A stretch of 64,000 bases of DNA, from the NCBI RefSeq assembly GCF_003918875.1, contig NW_025767080.1, positions 2,108,001-2,172,000 of the forward strand. The letters are read 5' to 3'. A program made the translations under genes and the position numbers. How positions within the stretch are numbered: position 1 is the first letter of the stretch; each line of letters opens with the position of its first letter. This DNA is from Haliotis rubra (lineage: Eukaryota). The notes beneath the pieces are model-generated. The model was given only the letters and a program-made list of their open reading frames with translations. It did not search any database and had not been told where the DNA came from. Positions 1-12,794 of this stretch are shown here, piece by piece.

Positions 1-384
1 TTTGAATAATGACCAGACTAAATACAACTTAGATATGGTGTTGGAATAATGACCAGACTAAATACAACTTAGATATGGTGTTGGAATAATGACGAGACTA
101 AATACAACTTAGATATGGTGTTGGAATAATGACCAGACTAAATACAACTTAGACATGGTGTTTGAATAATGACCAGACTAAATACAACTTAGATATGGTG
201 TTGGAATAATGACCAGACTATATACAACTTAGATATGGTGTTGGAATAATGACCAGACTAAATACAACTTAGATATGGTGTTTGAATAATGACCAGACTA
301 AATACAACTTAGATATGGTGTTGGAATAATGACCAGACTAAATACAACTTAGATATGGTGTTGGAATAATGACCAGACTAAATA
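1..384. repeat. 40-bp minisatellite (~9.5 copies, truncated by window start), intronic in annexin gene 1
   Basis: Unit TTGGAATAATGACCAGACTAAATACAACTTAGATATGGTG repeated head-to-tail with few substitutions. Confidence 0.97.
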
Positions 385-1136
385 TAACATGAAACTTCAT
401 GCTCGGTGTTCTGTTTCAAAATAATTTACTGATGTGAAGTCTTGAGGTAATGTAGCTTTGCATTGAAAACACAGTAGGTACATCTGCTAAATCACTCATT
501 AACTCACTCAAGCATTCAGAGTTGTAATTTGGAAGAGTTGTAATTTGTTGTGTTCATGCAACAAGTCATTCTAAGCAAATAACTTCCATTTGTTTACTCA
601 TAGGTTAGGAATGTTTTCCAATAATTTCTGATGATTATGAAAACCAGAATTTCTGCTGATCACACTGTATTTCACATAACTTCTGTTGCCATTGGGAGTA
701 GGTTGCCTAGCAACACCATCACTAAGTGAGTGACAATTGAAAAAACAATAAGGTATACTCCAGCCAAATGAAAATCACACATTATTTAAAATCTGTGTTG
801 GCGTATTAGCGTCTGACAAAGAGGTGTTTTTTTAACTTTGTCAAAGACGTCTCTGGAGATTTCATTATGCTAATAAAATGAAGTACATTTTCAGTTACAC
901 AAGAGTTCAATCAATTCTCTTGACTTGTTTTTCATTAAATCTAAATTTTGCAAAAGTACCTCCTAAAAATAAACTCAAATAGTCCTTTACGTAAAATTGT
1001 TTTATACAGTTTTGAACATATCACTCCTAATGAAGTTAAGAGAAGTTAAGAAAATTATGCAAGTTTTACAACTGAAGAGTCTATCATTCCATGAAAATAT
1101 TTGAGAAAAATAATATTGTCCAAATAAACAAGCCAG

Positions 1137-1243
1137 GGCCCGATTCCTCAAAGCGATCGTCGCACCACTACAGTCATAGGTTTATGTTTAAGTATGGAAG
1201 TTACGATCATCTTAGCGCTACGATCGCTTTTTGGAACGGGGCC
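1137..1243. mobile_element. Short MITE, PIF/Harbinger-like (CAG target duplication)
   Basis: Imperfect TIRs GGCCCGATTCCTCAAAGCGATCGT / ACGATCGCTTTTTGGAACGGGGCC flanked by CAG on both sides (1134-1136, 1244-1246). Confidence 0.65.
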
Positions 1244-1865
1244 CAGGACTTAATCTTCTAATGTTGCCAGACCAAAAAGGGTTTAAAGCCATTGTTTGTC
1301 TAGAAGTGACATAAAAAGCTAGACTATGTGTCAATGATACAGAGATGACTGTTCCTGTTCTCATGTACATAACAGAATCAGTAGCAAAGTAGCAAAGAAA
1401 ATAGAATAACACATGTTACTGACACAGACTGAAACACTCCCATCAAAGACTTGATGTCATATAGTCTCAAAGTGCAAATGTTGCCTTGGAGATTCAGGAT
1501 GCCAAACACCTATTTCCTTCTGAGCATCTTAGCAGCTCCTGATGTCCTCTTGACATATTGATGAAGAAAAATCTGTTTTAAAAAGACCCCAAATAATTAA
1601 CCCTGAACTTGTGAACATTATACTCCAAACTCCAATTTGCCATAGGTTCATAGAATACACATGTAGTTTATGTCTAGAATACAGCTGAAATGTTTGCCAC
1701 ATGATGAATAACCTAAAACATATGTTCTTCATACCGAAATGACCCAAGTACTTTTGTATGATATATGATTTTGGACAGGCAGGCAATCATGCTTAGAACT
1801 TTGTAGGTGCTCAGTTTCATCAGCCAGAATCTAAAAATGTAATGAAATGAGAAATTTTCTTTCAG

Positions 1866-1978
1866 CTAAAGCACTTGAGGACCCAATCAAGTTTTATGCT
1901 GCTCGCCTACACGAAGGTTTCAAGGGGCTTGGCACTAATGATACTCAACTTATTAGGATTCTTGTGTCAAGGTCGGAG
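1866..1978 (+). CDS. Annexin gene 1, penultimate coding exon (repeat IV first half)
   Basis: tttcag| ... |gtaagg, 113 nt; encodes AKALEDPIKFYAARLHEGFKGLGTNDTQLIRILVSRSE with the annexin KGxGT loop and IRILVSRSE signature. Confidence 0.95.
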
Positions 1979-2780
1979 GTAAGGGGAGATAATTACACTG
2001 GAGTTATTAAGCTGACCTGTAGCAGATAGCATGTTAACTACATTGATGAGATTAGCCTACATGTGGATAGTTCAAATTTCAAGTGACCTTTGTATACAGT
2101 TTTGTTAATTCAACTAATGTCTCTTGAATATAAGTTTGGAAGTTATGCTTTCAGTTTTTGAGTGCATCAGTGAGTTGAGTGTTTATTCTTATACAGTCAA
2201 ACACTATTTTGACAACTTTTCGAGTGTCTTGGTCCATCTGTATTCCTTATTCAGTCGTCATATTGAACCTGAGATATCTGGAGGTATTTATGTTGGTCCT
2301 TTCAATGTCGACACATCAGCGTTTGATGGTGTATTCTTTTGTCTTACATGTTCTCTTTTCATAGATAAATGCAGAAAAATTGTGCTGTCTACACCATATT
2401 TTCTTTTTTTGCAAATAGCAATAATAAGACAAACAGGTGCAGCCTTCCTTATGTGTTACAGATCTCCAAAACATAAATTACACCATAGAGGATGGAACAT
2501 GTATATTTTGGGCACATTATACCGTTCACAAGAGGATGTATCTAACACTTCATATAATTATGTAATTGTAATGTATAGTAGAAAGCTCAGTTTCTTTGCC
2601 AAATTAACTTGCTTTATGATGCTAAAGCATATGTAATTGAAATAACAAAACAAATTGTATTTGTACTTATATTGGATGTACAGTCGGAAGTGAACAATTT
2701 ACATGGCTTTTAGCAGAGTTTTCTTATGGATGTTGATAGGGGTTTGTCACTTTTTTATATTTAACTGTTATGTATCACAG

Positions 2781-2906
2781 ATTGACCTGGCTGACATTAA
2801 AGCCAAGTATGCTGAGCTGTATGGAAAGACTCTCAAGGAGAAAGTTGAAGCGGAATGTTCTGGTCACTACAAGCGGACATTGCTGACCATTCTCGGGGAG
2901 AAGTAA
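2781..2906 (+). CDS. Annexin gene 1, last coding exon
   Basis: tcacag| IDLADIKAKYAELYGKTLKEKVEAECSGHYKRTLLTILGEK-TAA; phase 0 join to the previous exon gives the canonical RSE|IDL. Confidence 0.95.
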   Translation: MDLADIKAKYAELYGKTLKEKVEAECSGHYKRTLLTILGEK

Positions 2907-3223
2907 GACCGGCAGCCATCTTGAATGTCACATCCACCTTGTGTCAGACAGCACCTCACCTTCTGTCCATGTCTTCTTAACTGTGTATTGTCATGGCAAC
3001 CAGAATATGAAGCTGTTTTGAATTAGCAGCCTTAATATTAGAATGTATATTTTATATAATACTTTGGTTCCATACAGGGCAAATTTCTTTAGCAAGGTTT
3101 ATTGAGTTGTTTAATAGAGTTTTATATACCCACCTATTAAGTCTGTGAAAAACATTTTAGAAGTAATAATATTAGAATTTGAAAACAAATGTGTAAAGTA
3201 ATGATGTATGAAACCAAAACATC

Positions 3224-3267
<44 letters not shown>

Positions 3268-4800
3268 CAGTTGGAGGACATGGACATGTTTGATGTTGTA
3301 ATGTTTGATGTACTACAGCAACAGCATGGCCTTCAATGCAATTTGTTGTCTTGCACAGATGTGTACCACACTATGTCTAACTGTGATATACCCGATAATG
3401 TTGTGAAATGTTGCCCATTTGAATGACACTGACTTAATGTTGCACATAAACAGATGACAGTGTATGACATGGAATATTGTGGTATTCAAGCAATGAATGC
3501 CTATGGTGTCATCACGATGTGCATTACGCATTATATTCACAATACTATACTCTAGTGTCATAACATATCATACCTAGACTGAATATATAGACTGTTTTAT
3601 ATTTCCATCAGATTATGTTGCTTCAATAATCAAATGTGAGTGACGTGATGTTGAATGTTAAAAATCACACAATTCCAAATATTTATTATCATAAAGAAGT
3701 TTTATTTTATTTTTTTGTTAGGTCTACATTATCATAATAGTGTATATATATTTATTTAAGCTGACTTTTCAGTCAGTATTTGTATGTAAGCTGCAAAGCT
3801 CTGCACAATGTCAATAAGGGCCTTTAAGTCTGAGATGCTGCAACTCATTTTATCAAAACCATTCTATGCTATAGTCAGAATGCAAATTCCAAAATATTAT
3901 TACATCAGCGTGCTAAAATTCATAGATACAGTAAGTAAAAGTAAGTCGTTGAATGGCATTTAGAAGTCCTACACATAAGGAAGAGAATTTATGATGATAA
4001 GGAATACAAAATGTTTCAGAGTATACGTTTAATCTTTTATCTGTTCAATGAAGGAATCAGCATATACTCCTAATAACTGTGTTGCTTATAATAAAAAAGT
4101 TGACATCCATGGATTGTCTTTGTAAGTAAAACAGCAACCAATAAAATAGGTGTACTATTTTTTCATTGATGCCCAAACATAGTTTTAAAATTGGTTTGAT
4201 CTTGAAACAGAAACAAGCCCAGTAATTTTTTTTATAAAAACGTGTTTGTATGATGTCTTATGTGCTTGTATTTTTTATTTGACATATTGATGGCTTTCGT
4301 CTGTGAATCTGGCCACAGTTGTGTATGAGTTGGAATGTTATTCTTGTATTTTTAAAACTTTATTTAAGCTTTAACCTATATCTAAATCTTTGTTCACATG
4401 TTTTGTCAGTTTTGTGTTCCTCCTTGTGTATGAAGTGCCAATGTTTTTCAGAAAATATATAAAAAATGGTAATATTTTGAATAAATTCTTTGCCAAATCA
4501 GTAAACAGTATAACTGTATTCAAATTTGCCAAACATAAAGCTTGGAGTGTTCAAGCTGCTGCTGTTGCATAAAAAGTAGAACTTGAAGTTTTCCTTGCTG
4601 ATAAAAATCACTAAAACAATATGCCAAGAAACATAATAGTCAAAGTTAATTTGGTTATATTCCCGAACACTTCAGGTATGCTTGCCATAACATTCATGAA
4701 TGTTCTTTGCACAAACCAATCTTCACTTTGAACGTTGAACATTGGCACTTCCAGAAATTCATTTTGTGATATCAATATTTTAGTGTTTTTTTCAATAAAA
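2907..4800 (+). other. Probable 3' UTR of annexin gene 1 (end uncertain)
   Basis: AT/TG-rich sequence after the stop, with AATAAA hexamers near 4090, 4139, 4480 and 4794. Confidence 0.5.
3224..3265. repeat. (GAT)n microsatellite in the annexin 1 3' UTR
   Basis: About 14 perfect ATG/GAT triplets. Confidence 0.95.
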
Positions 4801-5030
4801 TATTCAGTCTGTTTTCATTTGCTTCTGTTATATAGAATTCATTTATGTAAATGTTGAAATTGACATGAATTTGCTTTATGTTTACTGTTGAATATTCATA
4901 AGTACTATTTACCCCAACAATGTTTCTATTTGCAAACTGATATTTGAGAGTACTGTTAAAATTCACAATGGTTCTGGTAAGAAATGCAACTTTTCAAACT
5001 TTTGCCTAATTGTTGTATGTCTTTATGTGT

Positions 5031-5196
5031 GGCATGGTATCTCAGTGGGCTAGCACTATAAAACCAGCTTAAGTCTGGGCTAGCACAAGCAGCCGCACAT
5101 ACACATACACACGCATGCATGTCGGCATATGAGCGAAATATTCTCAAGCACGACGTAAAACCCAATTTCACCTCACCTCACCTCACCTCACCTCAC
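5031..5196 (+). mobile_element. 5'-truncated SINE, family A ((CACCT)n tail)
   Basis: Matches the 3' half of the 12434 and 24976 copies; TSD CTTTATGTGT at 5021-5030 and 5197-5206. Confidence 0.9.
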
Positions 5197-5936
5197 CTTT
5201 ATGTGTAATATACATGTACCACCTCTATATGGAATACTTATGTGTGCCACTTGTAAGTTCAACTCACCTTTCCGAGTAAACTGGATCTCTCAAGTTCAGA
5301 ATATAGCTGTAAAAGGGTTGAGCCAGTGTTGTAGGGGAACTGAGATGCCCCTACGGTGCCCAGTGTGCTAATTCAAAATATCAAGATCCGAGAGAAATGT
5401 TCCTCCATAAGAGACACCACACTCTAGAATATTTAATGATTATACATAGAACATAAGTAACATAAATAACATAAGTTATGAGTGAATATAAGTAATGATC
5501 ACGAACAAGTGTTCACAAGAGTTCAACATGTCTCGCCCTAGCGACAGCCAGTCACCATTGTCATGTACAGTTGGTTTGTGGACACTATGTTTTCCAGTTG
5601 TTGCGTTTCTGTGATCTGTTCGAAATGAAAAGGAGGGACTATTTGACTTCAGCGAGTGAGAGAATATTCAGCAGCTCTTCACTGTACTAGGGCAGGTCAT
5701 GCTTATACTTTTCGCAAACACCTAGTATCATCCCTATTTGATATTACCATAGCTAACCTCTCATCGCGTGACAAATTAACTGAATAACTGCTAGCAATAT
5801 TCGGGTGTTATACCTTGTCCGTGGTGCATTGTGTTTGCCTTTGTTCATAACTTGTTGTCTCAACCTGTGAATAATCAACATGCTTTATCCTTCCTTTCGT
5901 GAGTGTCCATAGCTCAGTATACATGTACATATGTTA

Positions 5937-6212
5937 GGTCACCTAAAAAAATCTTCTTGTTTCTCATTACTTTTTAAAAAAAATTTTAGGTCAGACGGGC
6001 GAATTTTATTTTTTATTTTTATTTATTTTATATCCAAAACCACTTGATTTCTATGGAAATATACAACTTTTCAAAATCTAAACTTAGAAGTGAGAAAAGA
6101 ATTCATGCACATTTTGAGAGTCAAAGTTGCATTTTCTCTAGTGTAAAAAAATAAACAAAAATCTTTTTGTGTCGGGTGGTAATGAGAAACAAGACTATTT
6201 TTACATATGGCC
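5937..6212. mobile_element. MITE, PIF/Harbinger-like
   Basis: ~34-bp imperfect TIRs (GGTCACCTAAAAAAATCTTCTTGTTTCTCATTAC / GTAATGAGAAACAAGACTATTTTTACATATGGCC), flanked by TTA and TAA. Confidence 0.75.
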
Positions 6213-6735
6213 TAAAGATGAGATTCAAATTTTGATTCCTCAGTGGTCCATTTGTTAAATCAAGTCTACAGGAAGATCCCTAAAATTTCGAAACTCAGCC
6301 CTCGCGGCACTGTTACGACCAACAATTGGGCATAGTCGCAGAACCGTGAGAAAACACATGGTTCCATTTGGGCTTCGTATTGTCTCGAACACCAGTTCTC
6401 TGTAAACCTACACCCAGTGATATGAAAGAAATGCCAACATCAACTTGACCGTATAAACACACATGCTTCCATTTCGTTATCTTTTGAAATCTGAACCAAT
6501 TAGTGCCACGCGGATCACATCATGACGTACATTGCCTTCTAGAAAAAAAGACAAAGAAAAAATCCAATTTAACATCATCATTACTAAGAATGTTTTTCTA
6601 TCTCAAAGTGTTTTTATAACAGCTACAATGCTGATTTTATCATATGTCATATCTTTAAACCTTTCCCAAGAAGTCAGAAACGAGATGTTAAGCTGAAATT
6701 AATACAACTGAACAATACATTGCCTATGCTTCTCG

Positions 6736-6975
6736 ACCGCCTACGGGGTCTAGTAGACAGAGTATCTGACATTAGAGGCGGGCGGTTGCGTAGGCGATTC
6801 GATTCTCGACCGCGTCAAACCAAAGTTTTTCTTACCCTGCCGGCATTTAAGGAATAAAACATGGGCTCGGGGGCTCGTTATCAGTCTACTCAGTATGTGT
6901 GGGGCATCCATGTTAAACTGTCACATGGTGTGGGGACACCACAAATGGGGTTCACACTTTGTACCTATGTGGGCT
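6736..6975. mobile_element. Decayed family-A SINE (+) abutting a family-B SINE fragment (-)
   Basis: ACCGCC start, TTCGATTCTCGACCGCGTCAAACCAAAG core, then the reverse complement of family-B CCCCATTTGTGGTGTCCCC. Confidence 0.55.
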
Positions 6976-9199
6976 AGCGCTATTGACCGACGTTACATTA
7001 GTATAGCTGCCTCTCCCCAACATATGCAATGTATACTGACATAATTACTACATTTATTTTATACACGCTATTTAAAAGGGCCAGGTTAGATTGCAAGACT
7101 GCAGCATTACTCAGTGTAGGTGTGTCGGAGGGGATGCATGTTGTGGCATTGGAGGATCCACTCCATCCCCAACCTCCAACAACCGGCATCTTTGTAAATA
7201 TAGTGTTAATTAAATTTTTTTAACAACATCCCTTTATATAATCCTTCATCCGCCTCTGCCTATTCGTATACAATTACATGATACATAAATAACCAATGTG
7301 TTCACTCGTTGACATCAAAGTTGGCTTCAGTTGAATAAATGCTGATTGTCTTGCCATATGCTCTCTCCAGAACAATCCATGATATACGATCACAAGTGTG
7401 CAGTGGTTGATGGACACGGGTTGTAATAATTGTGTGGGCTCAGAACGCCAACTCTCGCCTTGTCTGAATATCTTCGTAATGAGATATTGGGTGGCCGCTC
7501 AGTTATCCAAGCCATCAAGCGTTTTATTTCAAACAGAACCCCTCTTTATAGGAGGATTTCTTTCAACTAGTTTATACTGGTTGAAAGTTGATTCCTGTGG
7601 AGGTTCGTTCAGGACTTTCGTTTGGGGGAGATTATCTTTCAATCTGTGCTGAAATCATTCAGATTTTGTCTCTGGAAGTAGAAGTCAAACACTGTTTTTT
7701 TTAACGTTTTTCAGAACATGAACCATTAGTGGTTATGAAACTTGAGACATTTTTTGGATCTTTTCAGGGGAGACTTATCTCCTCTCAAAGGTGGCCACTG
7801 TCATAATGTACACCCCAGTGGCCAAGGCGCTGTTAGGGGCTGAACTGAGCTGCGTGCCATTGTAGTGAATCTCAGAATCCTTTGATCGATGGTTTGAAGC
7901 CAAGAATCGCCCCGATTCACTCAAGGCTTATGAACAGCACAGCACCCCAGGGTTAAAAACTCAAAGCAGAAGACCATTACGGCTTATCTAATTAAACATA
8001 ACAAACCCTTTTTCTCATGAGCATAATAAATACGTACCAAAGTACATTCTGCGATGCGGAGCATATGTTTATAACTTAGTGACACCAGAAGTTCGCGAAA
8101 AGGTGACCGGATCCTGCGGTTGTTGGCACCTGTAATAAACACATGCAAAAGCAAGTCAGTTCTCCACCTGTTGTGCAAATCAAAATATGGAAGTTTATCG
8201 GACATTTTTTCCGTCATTGAAGCGCCACACTTGAAGTGCCCTCCAGATATGTACCATAAAACTATTATTTTGTTATGAAATATATATTGTGTTAGGCAAA
8301 ATTCAAGGCCCGAAGGAAGCAGAGAAAAACGAAACCCGAGCATGTTAAAATTGTGTTAAAATTACATGTTTCCAACCTCAATGTCGAACGTGGGTGCAAT
8401 TTGCAGACAGGGATATGTTTTTATTTGACTTATATTGATCGTGGATTTTTTCCATGTCAATAACTAAGCTCATCCAACGCCACACACAGTGTCAGGTTGC
8501 AATTACGGAGACCCCAGAGAGGGGATGCCTTACCACGATGGCACACAGAACATGACTAAATATGATTATTTCTGGTGAGAATATAAGAAGACGGAACTTT
8601 AAATATGAATTCATTTAAGTATCGGATGGGGGCGGGAAAAACGATATATAGTAAACGCGATGTGAGTAATGCCTAAGAGACGTTGGTCTTACGACTTTGT
8701 TGACACGTAAGGCGACGTGAAGCATGGCGTGAGCGGATCGGGCCATCGTTCTGGCATCGCGATGTCTGTAATTAGAAGTTCTATACTGCGCCCTGACATG
8801 GCTAAATACAATTTATATCCCGACATGACGTCGGGGGAATATGCAAGGAGATCGAAAGCGGTCTTTTCACGATAAATTGAATTATTTTACGTTCTTCGTC
8901 AAGTTACAATTAGACATTGGCGATGTGTACGGTGTAAGCAGCACAAATTGCAGTGTTTTTACACATGGTGTGTGTTTCACGATATCCATATAATGCATTT
9001 TGATTTTAACGCTTTGGTTCGGATTAGGCTTGGATTGTGATCAACTGAATGGAGTCAGATATCACCTCTTTAAGCTGACTAGAGTTTATCTGACATTTTT
9101 TAATATATTCATAATCGCTATTATTTGTACATTAGGTAGGACATACAGTGAGGGTATCATTTGATATGTATGTCTATTGATAGTATACTGCCAAACAAT

Positions 9200-10140
9200 A
9201 TTACACTTGAGGCGGAATGAGCCGGGATACTGTAAGAATGAAAATTTCTGAAGATTCCTGGAAAATCGAACTGAATTCTAAAACTTCATACTACATTCCG
9301 AATGCATTCCAACTATTCGAACATACTGCATTCCGAATGCATTCCAACTATTCGAACATATTGCATTCCGAATGCATTCCAACTATTCGAACGTGTTCAA
9401 AACTTTGGAAAAATATCGAACGGCATTTGAGGTGCATTCGAACTGCATTCTCAGTAAACTTACTGCATTCTAATTGCATCCTAAGTATACTTACTGCATT
9501 ATAACTGCATTCTAAGTATTCAAATTCAATTCAAATTCAAACTTTTATTCCGTATAAAGTCCATAGGCCCAAGTACAAAATAATAATGCAAGTGACAAAA
9601 TGGTTTGATACACCTTTTAAGCACTTCTTAACCTTAAAGCTTCTTTTACAAATTTTGCTAAGTTAATTAGGATATTCACTTTGTCACAACTTAATAACAT
9701 GTTAAATTTATAAATAGAGGGATCTAAGTATTCTGAACATATTTGAGGGAGAATTGAAAAGACAAGCCACTTCAAATCCCGTCAGAATGTCTCGAAAGCG
9801 CCTCGAATTGTATTTCGATTGCTACTGGACTTCAGGTGGAATATTCTTTAAATGTATAGGAATATTTCGATTGAAGTCGGAATACAGCTCGAATGTACCT
9901 GGAATACATTCAGAACTTCCCGAATGCTCTTCAAATGAGCCCTGGCGTGATCAGAACGGCGCCGCACGGCATAAAAACGTGGCCACCTGTCACTGGAACG
10001 TCATATAGCATTTGTTAGTTACATTCTTACAAATTGTTTATTTTGACATTCCCGAATGCGGTTCGAGTTTTGGAAATATTTTTTTTCTGGCTGATTCTCC
10101 TTGATTCCTGTTGATTCGAAATAAGTGTGAAGGAGCCTTT
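9200..10140. mobile_element. Non-autonomous DNA transposon-like element with internal GCATTCCGAATGCATTCCAACTATTCGAAC repeats, interrupted by a LINE end
   Basis: Three near-tandem internal repeats at 9290-9395, TTCGAA-rich body, weakly inverted termini. Confidence 0.5.
9522..9722 (-). mobile_element. 5'-truncated CR1-like LINE 3' end
   Basis: Minus strand encodes PSIYKFNMLLSCDKVNILINLAKFVKEALRLRSA*, then AATAAA and a (TTTGAA)n tail; 11-bp TSD TCTAAGTATTC at 9511-9521 and 9723-9733. Confidence 0.8.
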
Positions 10141-12071
10141 AATCTTTTGTAAAAGGCGGAGCCCTTGAGTAGCATAGTCTCTTACGGCAACGTAGTTTGC
10201 CGTGCTGGGTTACCTCCCTTAGCCGTACTAGGCCAGTCGTGATTTTGAATTCTTGTTACGTTCCGATTGAATTCCCCAGTGTATCGTTACCAAACTCGTG
10301 CTAGCAGGTGGGTTTCCTTTATTTTTAAAAGCATATCTGTAGACCAACTATATCATGTTTGAAACGTATTTGTTTGACGTAATCTACAGCGTCTTCTATT
10401 CTCCCTGACGTAACGTAATGTTCGTGGCGACGGCGGGAGCGGGTTGTCAGGCTCCATGACTTGGCTGTGGTACATCATCGTTCCCCGTTTGTGTTGTCAA
10501 CACGGTATACTGCTTTAAACACGGAACCAACAAAATAAAATAAAACATCTGATGAAGTTTCGAAAAGAGCTAAGCAGCATTCGATGCATACATAAATCGT
10601 GTCCTGTTTAATTATGCCGTTCCTTGTCGTCAAGCGCACAATATATATATTACCTTGATGACTGCTGAAATGTATCTTATCCAGATCGGAGTGGCTGCGG
10701 TGGGTTATGTTCTCAATATTTACAAAATTCTCGATATTCCACTACATCAATGAGAGGACTCACTAATAAGATGATCGGTTTTGATTCCCATTTAGCTTGG
10801 TCACTTTAACCTTTCCTCCAACAATATAGCTGACATCCGGAAATATTTCTGAAATACTCTCACTCAGACTCATGCCAAAATAGGCTCTCACACAGTCTAT
10901 GACTTAGACTCGCTGACCTGGTTGACTGCGTGTCATCGTATGCCGACGTGTGGGGTGCTGCTCATGCTATTAACCACTAGTTTGTTCGGTCCAGACTCGT
11001 TTGCTTACAGGCCGCCGTCAAGCAGCTGCCATTTAACGAATAATGCATTGAACACAAAACTTAAGCCAAAACATGTTGATCCAGTATATGTGATAATCAT
11101 TTGACTCTGATATTCTAAATGCGGCATAAAACACCAAACAAAGTCAAACAATATTCCATAGAACAATGGTTGTCGTCCATCATATTGATGGAACTAACAT
11201 TCCCCATCCCCTCCATGTAATCTGAGCCGACACCGTCACTCAATAATACAGGCATTGCAAATGAGACAACTGCACGCTTTTATTTATATCAATTGTTTTA
11301 TTTGGGGCTCGTATGATTGACTCTACTGCGGCAGTGCTCAATGTTTTATTACAATGTGATATTGTTCGGCGTGGTCGCCACACGGAGAGTTAACCCCCTG
11401 GCATTATAACTGCCGACATTACGTGGGTGGTACAACACGTGATGTAGTCTCAGGAGATGGACGTGTATTGATGCGGTGTTCCGATAGCTGCAGAAAGGGG
11501 TTGTGACTTACGGATGGAAATACGTTACAATTTGAAATCCGACCATACTGACTTATTGGGAGGTCATTTAAGACTAAACCCAATGGATTGGGTGCTTTCG
11601 TGTCAAGAAGCCAAAACTCAATAGATCTTGGTAAAAATAGGTAGTCCGCGTACATATAGGCTGTATGTCTTTACGAAAGGCTAGATCTGATTTATTGAGG
11701 CTACTTTGTGAATAGAATAGAACAAATAATCTAGTGCTGCACAAAAAAATCTGTTGAATACGTTATTGTCGGGTGTTGAACCTGTCTCGTCTATATTATA
11801 CCCATTGTCATACAGGTTTAACTGACAAAACATTTTTGTGTTGTGATATTAAGTTTGCATTCTGAATAATAACGATTTGTGTATTGAAGAAAGTTTCCAC
11901 TTTTCAGTGTTTTATGTTGCCGGTAACCTAGAAACCGATTAATATACTTTTTCCGTCAGACGTGGAAGATCAGAAGTCCCATTATCAGATTCAAGTCAGG
12001 GAATCTTTCTGGCAACTGGCATTCATTTGATGATAGCATGACCTCTAACTTTGACCTTTAACTTCTTACAG

Positions 12072-12378
12072 TAACGACTCATCAAAAGATGACAAAGCAA
12101 AGGCTAAAAACGAGAAGAAGAAAGCTGGTGAAAAGTCTGAGAAGAAAAGCGTTTACTTAAACAATGGCCCCAGTACAAAGGAGAATGCTAAAAATACGAA
12201 GGGGAACAAAATCAAATCAAAGTCAGAGAAGTCCATAGATGAAAAAAAGAAGTCTGGCTCCAAGACACCGATGCTGGCAGAAAGAAGATCACCCGATGGA
12301 CAGAGCGATGAAATAAATGATAAGAAAACTAAAGAAAAAGATGAAGCGAAGGAAGACAATGCATGGGAAACAATGGAG
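12072..12378 (+). CDS. Annexin gene 2, Lys/Glu-rich N-terminal tail exon
   Basis: cttcttacag|T AAC...GAG|gtgtgt, 307 nt, open in one frame: NDSSKDDKAKAKNEKKKAGEKSEKK...KEKDEAKEDNAWETME; phase 0 join to the 16732 exon. Confidence 0.7.
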
Positions 12379-12433
12379 GTGTGTATCATATGACAATATC
12401 ATTGCGTAGTATATTCCTCTTATGATATTTTTG

Positions 12434-12794
12434 ACCGCCTCCGTGGTGTAGTGGTTAGAGCGTTCGCCCGGAGAGCGGAAGGTCACGGGTTCGATCCCCG
12501 GCTGCGTCATACCAAAAGACGTTAAAATATAGTACTTGTTGGTCCCTGCCTGGCGCTTGGCATTAATGGGTACATGAAGGGCTGGTCTGCTCGGAGTCAG
12601 TATAATGTGTCTGAGTGGGGTATTCATGCTTCACTGCGGCATAGTATCTCAGTGAGCTAGCACTATAAAACCAGCTTCAGTCTGGGCTAGTACAAGCAGC
12701 CGCACATACACATATACAGACATGCACGTCGTCATATGAGCGAAATATTCTCAAGCACGACGTTAAACCCAATTTCACCTCACCTCACCTCACC
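12434..12794 (+). mobile_element. Full-length tRNA-derived SINE, family A (Meta-domain-like core)
   Basis: A box GTGGTGTAGTGG, B box GGTTCGATCCC, core GTCATACCAAAAGACGTTAAAA...GGCATTAA, (CACCT)n tail; TSD TATGATATTTTT at 12421-12432 and 12795-12806. Confidence 0.92.

Noticed and set aside
1-384. CRISPR-like regular array (also considered for the 54-, 90-, 39- and 27-bp arrays)
   Set aside because: No unique spacers, no cas genes, eukaryotic intron context
2124-2636. 170-aa ORF
   Set aside because: Lies within the last intron of annexin 1, starts at TTG, no recognisable motif
3208-3426. Poly-Asp ORF that looks like an acidic shell-matrix peptide
   Set aside because: A (GAT)n microsatellite about 300 nt downstream of the annexin 1 stop; no signal peptide or splice support
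6944-6955. ATGGG|GT as a first exon giving MGNDSSK for annexin 2
   Set aside because: The only such match I found lies inside an antisense SINE fragment and has a poor donor (GTTCAC)
11908-11994. Tiny exons ATG TTG CCG and 11960-11994 as the annexin 2 start
   Set aside because: Would need a 37-nt intron, which is implausibly short
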